Assembly (NCBI RefSeq): GCF_018350175.1 | Contig: NC_058369.1 | Span: 18,290,001-18,354,000 of the forward strand | Direction: 5' to 3' | Length of the DNA stretch: 64,000 bases | DNA from: Felis catus | Taxonomy: Eukaryota | The notes under the pieces: model-generated | What the model was told of the DNA's origin: nothing | The model's input: the letters and a program-made list of their open reading frames with translations, nothing else | Databases searched by the model: none | Translations under genes and position numbers: made by a program | In this document: positions 1-37,500 of the stretch, in pieces | How positions within the stretch are numbered: position 1 is the stretch's first letter | Layout: every line of letters starts with the position of its first letter

Positions 1-6846
<6,846 letters not shown>

Positions 6847-6859
6847 CGCTGGCACACCG

Positions 6860-7070
6860 GAAACCGAAAGAAAACTTTGGGGCCAATCTGCACGTTGGCA
6901 TTAGCCCACTGACCAATAAGAGAGCGAAGCCGCCAGGGAAAGCCAATGGTAGCCTTCCTGAAGGGAGGGGGCGGGCTCGCCAGGGTCTTCAGCGCCCTTT
7001 AAAAGGCAGAGCCTGCCCAAACCCGCCTTTCCGGGCGCTTCACTTCCGTCGTTGCGCTCGCGGTCTCTTG
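6860..7070. promoter_or_regulatory. QARS1 CpG-island promoter
   Basis: CCAAT at 6883, 6913 and 6943; GC box near 6966-6975; ETS-like cacttccg near 7041; CpG-rich; immediately upstream of the QARS1 ATG. Confidence 0.75.
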
Positions 7071-9910
7071 CGGAGGTTAAGGGGTAGAGGGCGATAGGAC
7101 TTTAAGGGAGATTTGCCGCCGACCTGGAGGGAAGGTGCTCAGCACAGAAGCAGGAGGTAGAAGCAGGCATGGCCCTTTGCTTTTCCATTTTTTTCCTTCA
7201 GCCCTGGGAACCTTGGGACCATCCTAGTTACGTTGTTGGGAGCAATTGCGAGTCCCTATCACATTTCTGACTTAACAGCTTTGGAGTTGTCATGGAAACA
7301 GCTGAGCTAAATGAAGCCCGGGAAATCCAGTCAAGATAAAGCGCGGGCTCTGTAAGTCTGGCACTTTTCAGGCGCCCACCTAGACACACCTGGTCAGGAG
7401 AGAGAGGGGTTTGGGCCAGGAAGCACCTCGTAGATGTTCTGTAATGATTTGGTTTTAAAATCTTCTGTCACAATTACCCTCCCCTATCAAAGCATGCAAA
7501 TGTCACGAAAACCACCAGCAAGTTAGACCTTGAAAACCATCTGCAAGTGTTTGACAAGGCATTTTACTGAAGTTGGGATAGGGTGGGGCAGATGAAATAC
7601 TGTCTTGAGGATACCTATTGTGCTTGGGAGGGTCTCGCCACCGTCTCTCACTGGACTTCTAGGACCTGCTGAGAATGGGGCTAAAACAGAACAGTCTGTT
7701 TTCTTTGTGGAACTGGAGCTGCTAGCATGGTGAAGAGATCCCCAAATTTGGGATTGGAACTCAGGCTCTTTGAGGCTTTGGTGTCATTAATACTCGTGTA
7801 CCTTCAAGAACTGGGCAGGATCCTGACTGCATTCTATCCATATTCTGTGTCCTGCTTTGTGGCTATGTCCCACTAAAGACCAAGTTTCATTTCTGGGCCT
7901 ACATCTGGGTCCCACATGATGACCACATCCAGGTTCTTCCCAGTGCCACACACTCTATCAATATCTAAGTCTCGTCCTGTGTCTTGGCTCCCCATGACAC
8001 CAGCTTGATGTTCAGCCCAGGCAAGGCCAACTAGGTGTAGGGGATTGAGCAGGGGATGCAGTACAGTGGTGCCATAGACAGGCAACAAGAAGGGGAGCCT
8101 CAGCCACACCAGCCCTATGCTGAGTCTACAGCTACAGGTGCCTAGCCCACTACAAAGGTGCCTATGCTGAAGAGTGCCTGCCACATCCACTGTCCCCTCT
8201 GTACCTGATGCCACCAAAGGATTACAGCACCATCACCACCATCACTGAGTTCTGCAGGTCTGGTGATGGCCCCCTCAATGGAGTCAGGGACTAACCCCTT
8301 TTCTGGTTCTCTCATGGTGCCTACCCTGTGGACCTTGTGGCTCCATGTCACAGGATGAAGATGTAGCCCCACCAGTGCTACCGAGAATGCCACCAGAGGC
8401 AGTGGCAGGCTAGCCAGTCCTCTGGAGCCCTAGGACTTAGGACAGAATCATGAAATTTTATGGCCCAGCCCAGGGGCTGGCTAGTTTGCATGAGCCCTTG
8501 GCACCACTTCAAAGAAAATCAAGAAAAAGATGATCACAAGGAGAAAAGCCAGGCAACAGTCTGCAAGGCCCAGCTGTGGCATGGGAAGAAGCAGGGTCCC
8601 GGGGCATAAACTGACAGCACACAGGCAGTAGAGCCACAGTGCAGATGCCACAGAAAGGTTATATGGCAGACACAACAGCAGCAGGTCAGGGATGGACGGA
8701 GCCCCTTGATCAGTGCATCCAGTACAGGCAGACCCCCAGTGGCTAGACACTTGGAGCTGCACACAGTAAAGACCCAGCACAATCCTGTTGTACCCCATAC
8801 CTAGCAGGCCCTCCCACAGCATGCCAGCCAATGGCAGTCATCTTGCAATTCCACCATTTCTGCAGGTTCTCACACCCCGCTCTCCAGGCTCCCAACCCCA
8901 GCCCCACCCCCCAGCCAGCAACCCCACTACGGCCCTTGTGCTGTTGTTCCCATAGAGAAAAGCCAACACTGGTCACGGGGGTAGCTTTCTCCAAGAGCTC
9001 CCTCTGCTCACTGCCCCCCCTAACTCCAGCCAAGGCTAAAGGGTAGTAGCAAGGCCCACATGCTAACCTTCTTGTATGACTGGCCCCAGAGGCTTGGGAC
9101 AGGGATGGACTTACAGGGCTGCCAGGATCCTGTACCACCGCTGCCTGCCTTATACTCTTTCTGGCTTTATCTTAACACTCGCCTCATGAGTACCTCTGGT
9201 CCCCATCTCCTCCAGCTGGAGACACCCATCCTTACCTCCAAGCAATTGGACAGAGGAAGAAGCAACATTATCCATGAAGAGAGTCAAGGAAGCTTCTCAC
9301 AAGGTCACAGGGGCTCTGAAACTAGGACAAGACTGCAGACCCACTATGGGTGAACAGCCTGGGGCAATGGCCAGGAGCCAAGGTCTCAGGGACTCCAGGG
9401 AAGAAATGGCCCGCCAGGACCCTGCAACCTCCCTCCATATAAAAGCAGCCAAGATGAGCTCTGGTCTCTCTGCCTATCCTCCTTGTGGAGCAGGGTCTCT
9501 CTCACCACAGCATTTTTCCCCTGCTCTGTTCTCCACTAAGAGATCCAGATGGTGCTCAGGCTACAGCAAAGAAAAACCTGATACTAGGAAAGAAGGAAGG
9601 CAATACTCCCAGTGCTTCCTGTTCCCTAACAAGTCCTCCCTGACGTGTCTGGCAGTCAGCTCCAGGCTACTCCAGTGCCTGCACCTTTTACCTCAACTTC
9701 TGGAGCCTCATGGGGTATTCACCCATCCTTTAGGTAGAAGATATTGACAGTGATGTCCACTATAGCTGCCTCCATATGAGACCCAGAACTGGTGGGATCA
9801 AAGGGCAGCAGGTAGGCCCCAAAAAGCTGATGGCACTCGGGGCTTCATGACCCACAGGGGCTACAGTGGGACCCCACCATCTCTACTCAGACCAGAGCAC
9901 TTTCAGGGTC

Positions 9911-9916
9911 TTTAAT
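9911..9916 (-). terminator. Probable distal USP19 polyadenylation signal (ATTAAA)
   Basis: tttaat on + strand at the end of an AU-rich 3'UTR-like stretch. Confidence 0.5.
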
Positions 9917-9940
9917 ACACCTACCTATATACATACATGT

Positions 9941-9942
<2 letters not shown>

Positions 9943-9976
<34 letters not shown>
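9943..9976. repeat. (AC)17 microsatellite in distal USP19 3'UTR
   Basis: Perfect AC dinucleotide run. Confidence 0.95.
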
Positions 9977-9978
<2 letters not shown>

Positions 9979-10404
9979 CCTCCCCTCTCGATGGGGAGAG
10001 GTGGCCACAGCACCTGGTGCATCATAGTCACTAAGTCTGCTTATTTATCATTTATTTTTAAAATATATTTAAACAGCAGCAATCACTTCCAAAATGCAAA
10101 AAAAAAAAATTACAATTTTTAGAATAAAATTATATAACGTTTATGGTGCGAGTCAGAAAGAATTGAAGGTACAACTGAGAATCAAATCACGCGGCACTGG
10201 GAGTGGCTGGAGAAGCCAAGGTCCACTGGTTGGGAGGGTCAAACTGACAAAAGGGCCCAACCTGTGAGGTTCCCACCTCAATCACACCCCCAACCCCCAC
10301 TGATGAAGCCAGTGTCCTCTGGGTTAGCGAAGGAGAAGCGGCAAAGAGCTGGCCCTCTGTGGGAGATTCCCCAAACCCAGTCCCCACCTCCCCCACCAGC
10401 CAGG

Positions 10405-10552
10405 NNNNNNNNNNNNNNNNNNNNNNNNNNNNNNNNNNNNNNNNNNNNNNNNNNNNNNNNNNNNNNNNNNNNNNNNNNNNNNNNNNNNNNNNNNNNNNNN
10501 NNNNNNNNNNNNNNNNNNNNNNNNNNNNNNNNNNNNNNNNNNNNNNNNNNNN
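10405..10552. other. N gap (148 nt), probably hiding the alternative USP19 terminal exon
   Basis: Run of N between the proximal poly(A) signal and the distal 3'UTR. Confidence 0.9.
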
Positions 10553-10691
10553 TTGGGGGCTGCCCAGTATGCTGCCTGGCATCCCGGGGGTGCTGGCTCA
10601 GAGCCCCGGCACCCAAGGGAGGGCTCCAAGGCAGGCGCAGACAGCAGCGGCGTTGAGACAGAGAGACGAGATCGGGCCTGAACAGTCTCGC

Positions 10692-10697
10692 TTTATT
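10692..10697 (-). terminator. Proximal USP19 polyadenylation signal (AATAAA), transmembrane isoform
   Basis: tttatt about 260 nt downstream of the stop at 10954. Confidence 0.75.
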
Positions 10698-10953
10698 AAC
10701 ACTTGAAATACAGGAAGCTGCTTGGGCAGGACTAAGCCCCATGCCACAGGTCAGAGCAGCAGGATGAATGGACAAACAGCTGGACGGATACCCACCCTAG
10801 ATGCTCTGTCCCGGCAGGAGCCACAGTCCCCACCCTCACCCACCAGACGCACACACTGAGGCCCAAGCCCAGAGTTGGTCCCCACCACAGAGGCAGGCAT
10901 TGCCTGACGGGCAGGCAGGTGGGCCAGCTCACAGCTGCTGCCTGCAGTCGAGC

Positions 10954-19741
<8,788 letters not shown>

Positions 19742-20999
19742 CTTGAGCCGCTTGGTCGACAGCCAGAGTGCCCCGGGGTCGGCAACGGCGTCTGGGTCAG
19801 GGCTACGGCGCTTTCTTCCTGGCCCAGCTATCTTGGCAACTCTTTGTGGCCAAATTCTCCAACAAGGAACTGACAGCCTAATGAGAAGGAAGCAGTGATC
19901 ACTACCAAGGCCCAACAATTTGCCCCTTGGTTACAACCAGAGCTCAGCAACCCAGGATACAACTAACCCTACAGAGCAATATCTCACCACCTAATGTGGC
20001 CCTGGACACTCTTGGACTATTCTGAAAAGGAAATAAACAATACAAGTGGCAACGACAACTTCTGGCAGAGACTCCTAGTTGACTGCTATACAGACCCACA
20101 AAGATGGGAGCCTCACTGAGAAGGTGCCAGGTCAAGGCAGCCATGGCCTGGAACCAGGCTCCTCCACCAATCTGGAAAGGAGCCATGGCTCCAGCCCACA
20201 GGGCTGGCACTCTGAGCAGGGTGCTCACTTTTCCTCACTCTCGCTGGCTGCTTAGTCACCACCCGAGAAGTAGGAGGTGAAGGAGGAAGGCAGAAAGAAG
20301 ACAACCAAGCAGCAAAGGGACCAGGCTCTGTGGCTAACGACAGGCCCAACTCAGGTGCTACCACTGCACAGGCAAGGTCCTGGGGTTAAGGGGCTCCACC
20401 TGCTGCCTGCCAACTCCCACCTTCCTCTGAAACTATTTCCATGTGCTGTTTGGGTTTTCTTCCTACATCCCAAGAGATTTTTCTCTCCAGCTGCTGTCCC
20501 AAGCAGAGAGGGGACTGCAAAAGCTGGGGTGAAAAGGGTATCCAGCTGTCACACTACCCTTTCAGCAGCAATCCTGCCCCAGAGCCAAAGCTGGCTGGGT
20601 ATCCAGTTTGAGACTGAAACAGACAGCATCCCCGTCCTTCCTAGATCCACTCACTCATGAGAAGTGGGCTAGCGACCTCCTACCCAGTTTCCCACAAACC
20701 CGCCAGTAGATTCTGGGCGGTTTTTCCATCCAAAATAAAGTTCTCAAAATTGAGATAAGGGTAGGGATGAACAATGAATCCAGGACCCCTGGCAGCTTCA
20801 AGCCTGGCCTGAGACGGGAGCAGAGCAAACAGTGACTACTCTGTGTTCCCCAGCGTGTATGTGTGGCGGGGGTAGAGGAACGTTCTTCTATGGGGGGCTG
20901 GTGGGCTGGATCTTCAATGACGACAGATCCAGAGCCGAGGGGTGGACACCCTCCACCTCTTTGCACCAGGCCCCAGCTTAAGGTCCCGTCCCTCCCCAT

Positions 21000-21700
21000 T
21001 CTCGCGGCGACACCGAGACAAGAGTCTGTCTAGAGACCATGTCGGCCTACACGGCTGCGCGGGGTTAAAGACTACAGACCAGCGCCCTGGCCGGGCTGCG
21101 ACTCAGCTCCAGCCTCCAAATCCTGCGCCCTCCACCACCTCCTCCAGGAAGCCACCCTCGCTCGCCGCCAGCCCTCTTGGAGGCAGGAAGCCGACCATGG
21201 GCGTAGAGTAACGGCCCCGCCCGCATCGGTGGGCCCGGTACGCCGCGGGGTTCGAGGAGTCGAGACTGGCACGGCACATGACCTTGAACAGGCAGCCCGG
21301 GGCCCGCGTCGCGGCCTCCCTGGCTCCTGCCAGACAGGCGAGTTGCGGCCCGTCCCACTCACCGAGCGAGGCCGCCGCCGCCAGCCCTCTTAGGGCCCTG
21401 GCAACCCGCTCTCGGTTCCGGTTCCGGCGTCTGGTCGGTTCCGGTTCCGGCGCGCCCCTCCCCCGTCCCGTCGCCGCCGCCTCAGCCGCTTGTTTTGTTT
21501 CGACTTCTAGTTACGGCCGCGGGTGGCTGAGAGCCTAGCTGGTGACGCACTTCCGGTGGGAGTGGGCATGCGGCGACGGGCAGCTCCGGGGCGGGCCCGA
21601 ACGGAGGAGGCGGGGCTCCGGTGCTTTGGCCTCGCCCTAGCCCTGCTGGTGCCATCCTGAGGTTCCGCCCAGAGACCCCGCCCTCCCCAAATCAGAGTCC
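21000..21700 (-). promoter_or_regulatory. USP19 CpG-island promoter and non-coding exon 1 (exon ends 21363)
   Basis: CpG-rich; tandem CCGGAA ETS-like cores at 21414-21450; cacttccggt near 21548; tgacgca; GC boxes; gtgagt donor. Confidence 0.8.
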
Positions 21701-21727
21701 AGACTACACAGTGGGTAATCACAGCGG

Positions 21728-21733
21728 TTTATT
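21728..21733 (-). terminator. LAMB2 polyadenylation signal (AATAAA)
   Basis: tttatt about 85 nt after the LAMB2 stop. Confidence 0.85.
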
Positions 21734-21816
21734 GGGGGCCTGGTCGGGCTGGGAACTGTTTCAGGCAGATGCAGTAACGGGCGGGGTTGGGGACTGGAGT
21801 AGGCGTCGCGCAGGGG

Positions 21817-33037
<11,221 letters not shown>

Positions 33038-34450
33038 CCTGAAGAAGAGGGGAATCCAGATGAGGGGGGATGAGAGGTCTGTAGCCCAGGCCCACCCTAC
33101 CCCTCCCTTGGGGTCCCGTGCAGACCCTGCCCTCGTTAGTCCCTGGCAGATTCCCCACTCAATCCTCCCTCCGGCAGTCCCTCCACTAGCACAGTCCTGC
33201 GACTTTGAGCAAAGTTGAGAAGTACGGCAAGAAAGAAAGCGTGGAACGGATCTTGGGCAGGAGTGCAACACTGTGCAGAATTTCCTCTCCCACCTCTCCA
33301 GTAATGATCCTCATTCTAGAAACCAGACATAGTCCAGCTCACCTGCAAATCTTTATTGTGCTCCCTTGGTCTGGTTCAGACCAAGGGGCAGGGGGTTTGG
33401 TTTTAGGCCGCCACAGTTAGGGAGCGCACCAAGTAGGGGGCATGGCATGAGCAAAGAAAAGGAGTCTGATCTTCTGAGACTTCAAAAGGCCCACAAAACC
33501 CAGCCTTTCTCCCCAGCATTGTGAGTGCTGTGGAAGTCACCATCAACTAGGCTGTTCAGTTCCAGGGTTCCAGCATCAGCAGGTAAGTGAGAGAGCACAC
33601 ACGGAGGCATCAAGCTCCCCTCTTTAGGGATGTGGGAAGCTTTAGGCTGGCCTGGCCAGAGCCACAGGACAAGATGGAGGTAGGACGAGAGATGGAGAAA
33701 AGCCATCCCCTTGCCCAAGTCACTGTTCCAGGAGGCTCCACCTCCCTTAGTCACTACTGCAAGTATGCACAAGAAGTGGTGTCTCAGTTTCCCGGTGTGA
33801 AAATGGGTGCTGGGCCGCTGACAACAGAGGCAGGGAGTGAATCCAGATCTTATGGCTATTCATCCGTTCCGCACTTTCTGGCCTGCCAGGAGGCCAGAGC
33901 CCGGGCTTGGAATGCAAGCTGCCGGCGAGTGCCCCACCCAGGCCCCTGGGACCACAAGCGGACCGTGGACTCCGCAGGTCTATAAGGCCAGGCCCCTGTG
34001 GCTCTGAGCTGCCACAACTGTGCCCACTCTGTCTGGGGCCAAGTGGAGGGTACCCAGAGCTGTGGAACTGGGGGAAAAGCTGCAGGTTCTTCACAGGCAT
34101 CACCAGGCTTCTCAAGGAGAGTCTGAGCAGGGGGGCAGTCAATCTGATGGACTTACAGGGTCTCAGGAGGTTACTCCAGTTTTCTGAAGTAGTGGTCTCC
34201 AGTTACCCTGAGGGTCATGTAATCAACCTGAGGGGCTAGGGGTATTAGAGGTGACTCAATTTTAGATCACTCAGAAAAGGACCTATCAGTGTCAAAGGCA
34301 CTTGATGGCCTCTGTGAGTTTTACGTGATCTCTGGTTTCTCAAGGACAGATCACTGGAGGATATCATGGAGTCACATGGGGGTTACTCGAGGTCAGTAGG
34401 CACTCAGTGGGGTCCCTGGTCCCTCAAGGTCAGGAGATTCTTGGGTCAAA

Positions 34451-34511
34451 CTGGGATCATTCAGGTAGTCTGAGTTACTAGCTGGGATCATTCAGGAGTC
34501 TGTCTTACTAG
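34451..34511. repeat. ~31-bp imperfect tandem duplication
   Basis: ctgggatcattcaggtagtctgagttactag / ctgggatcattcaggagtctgtcttactag. Confidence 0.8.
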
Positions 34512-34526
34512 CTCCATACACCACAG

Positions 34527-37500
34527 TCAGCAGATGGCACATGTGTTTGCCCATAGCCACATGTGTTCAAGCAGCTTTGCTGCACTCTGTTCCAGGGCCC
34601 CAAGGATGACACCTGCTTGCTCAGTATCTGCTCATTCTGCACGAGGTGGTGCTCCAACCTTGAGGATCAGGTCATCTGAACCAGGTTCTGACCTTTGGCC
34701 TAATCTCTGACCCTGGTCCTCAATTCTGTCATGACCTTAACTCTGACCCCAGCCCTAAGTGAGCTCTAACCCTAATCAACATTTGAGCCCTGTTGTGAAC
34801 TTTGACCCCAGCCCTGATCCCTACAAGAATCTGGACCTGACCTGGACCCAGCCCTGACCCTCCTACACCATCCCTGTTCTGACTCTGACCTGTTCATCTG
34901 ACCCTGATCCCACTCCATACCCCACTCCACCATGGACCAGCCATGCACCTTTTAGCCAACTCTAGCTGTTAGGCACCCACTTCAGCAGCTCTTGGGCTCA
35001 GCTTGTGCCTGCTGTACCCACTCTCCTGCATCTTGCCCTGTGGCCACCAGGCTATGTGTGCCCTTCTGCAACTCTACCACGCCTAACTGGGCCATCTGCA
35101 ACTCCTAGAGCAGGACTTGAACCGAAAACCCACCCCACCTAGATCCTACTATTTCAGACAGATTGCTGCCCAAGGTTCCCGGGGGCAGAAGGGGGCTGAG
35201 ACTCTGCCTTAGCCCAGTATAGCCCAGTCCCAGCCTAAATCCCACCTCTGACACCTCAATGCCCAGTGTACCCATATCACCTTGCCCAGGCCCCCAGCCA
35301 TGCCCATGGCATGTACTGCTTGCTCTTCTGCCCTCTCAGCCTGCTGCTGACAAGGCCAAGTAGGTCTTGAAAGCCACAGCTGCACTGGACAGAGGCCCCA
35401 GGACTGGGGTCACATCCACTGCCACTGCCAGTATCATCCAGGCCAGGTGCCCTGCCACCTGGGGCAAAGGTCAAAGATCACAGGGAGGTCACAGCAGGGT
35501 AGCAACTAAGTAGGGTGCGCACATGGTCTGTGTATTTAGTAATGCCAGGGTATCATAGTGGTTCAAGCATCTCAGGGGGAGAATGGAGAAAACAGCAGAC
35601 ACTGAACAAGAGGTGTGAAGGAGCTGGGGGTAATGAGGCCTCCAGGCCTCGGAGTGTCTGTTTTGCTGACTGCAGTCCTGGTTCTGCAGCCCTTGTATGA
35701 CTTCCCACCTCAGCCAGCTGAACATCCAGTGCTTGGTCCTGGGCCCTAGCTGTCCCCCACCCCAACCCCTGAAGGGGACAGATGATCAGTTGGACATCCC
35801 TGTCCTCCCCATCCTCTGACCTCTGCCTCCAGTCTCCTGGCCCTTCACCAGGTCTGCTGTGCCTGATGGAGGACACCTTCAGCTCTGGGCAGTTCCTGGC
35901 CTATGGTGTCTGGTGCAGGGAGGGCACTCTGGATCTGACTCAGCAAGAGGGCAATGCTCACTGTCCCACCTTAGGGGAGGGGCACTGCCAGCCCATGCCA
36001 TGCACCAGCTGCACACTCACAGCATCTGCACCTTCATATGTAGGAACTGGAGTAGGAATCTTGGATATGAACTCGATTCCTGACCCAACAAACCCTGACT
36101 CTAACCTCTCACTGACCCTGCCTCTGACATGACTACATGTGCTGGGGGCTAATAAGAGCGAAGTATTAAATTTTCAGGAATTTTGTGAATTAGCTGATAA
36201 GTGGTAGGTAGACTAAAATCATGGTGGCTTTGCTCACACCATGCAAATTGATAAACACTACAAATCAGTTCCCTCTGACCTCCAACCAGCTGTTAAACAT
36301 TTAGGAGCATACTAGTGCTCCCATCTGACCCCTGGTTAGCCCTTATGAACATTTCTCATTCTGGAAGGAGTATCACAGCAGTGTTCTAGATGCCCACCTG
36401 CCCCTCCCCTCAGCTGTGAACAGACACACAACAAGCAGACATGTACCCAAGAGGAAACACTGGAGGATCTGCACAGTTGCTTGTAGAGGGGCTATGGTGG
36501 CCACACCCCAGGACCCCCTTACACGATGTCTCCCAGGCCTGGATTCCTGTGGAGCTTGCTGTGGCCTGAATTTGCTGCAGCTCGTAGGGGTGAGTCAGAT
36601 GTGGAATGTATCTCCTGCACCCCTATGACTCCCCGCTTGGCTCCCATGCATGGCCCCAATGGCTCTGTACTAGTTGGTTAATGCTGCCCTAGGATTGTGG
36701 CAGCTATATCAAGGCTATCGGAAGAGTTATGGGAAGCAACCAGAGCCCACTGGGTAGTGGCAGGGTCCCAGGGCAAGAGGCAACACCACAGGGTATCAGG
36801 AACATAGGCCAGTCCAGGTCCCCAACCCCTGCATTCCTGTAAACAAGCTAGGTGATCCAGTGAGAATTGTATGTCCCAGATATCCCCTATTGCCCTACAC
36901 CCAGGTTTTGGCTAGAAGAAAGTCCTCGCCTTGGCGAAACCCCCTATAGGGATCCATCTCTCCACCCACCACTTCAACTTTGACTAGGAGTCTCAGAAGC
37001 TATGGACACAACATCTGGATCCTGTCAACCAGCTTCATCAGTTTCAGCTCCCACATAGTTGCTCCTGTCCCTGGCTGGCCCATCCCCCACAGCAGCTGCT
37101 CTGTCCACCACTGGTCTCTTGGGCCTGTCCTAGGATGCTGTCTCATTCTCCAAATGTGGTCACAACCTGGGCTCCAAGCAGGGCCTCTTGGGAAAGCAGG
37201 CAGCTGAGGAGGCTTGGGCCTCAGCATCTGCAGGGGATGGCAGGGATGGATAGAGGGGTGGCTCAGGACTCCACTAGTTGAGGCAGGGTCAATTAGCCTT
37301 CTGGGTTTCCCCAGGTACATAAGCAAAAGCACCTGGCCCCTTCCTTCTGCCCTAGCCTAGCCCCTACCCTCACCTGCTGCCCATTCACCTGCTCACTAGG
37401 CCTCATCTTGGGCTCCTGTTGCCCTCTTGGGCCAGGCAAGCCCTTGACACAGTTTAGCTCCCAGGATAATTCTTCCAGATGTTCACACTGCCTCGTAACT

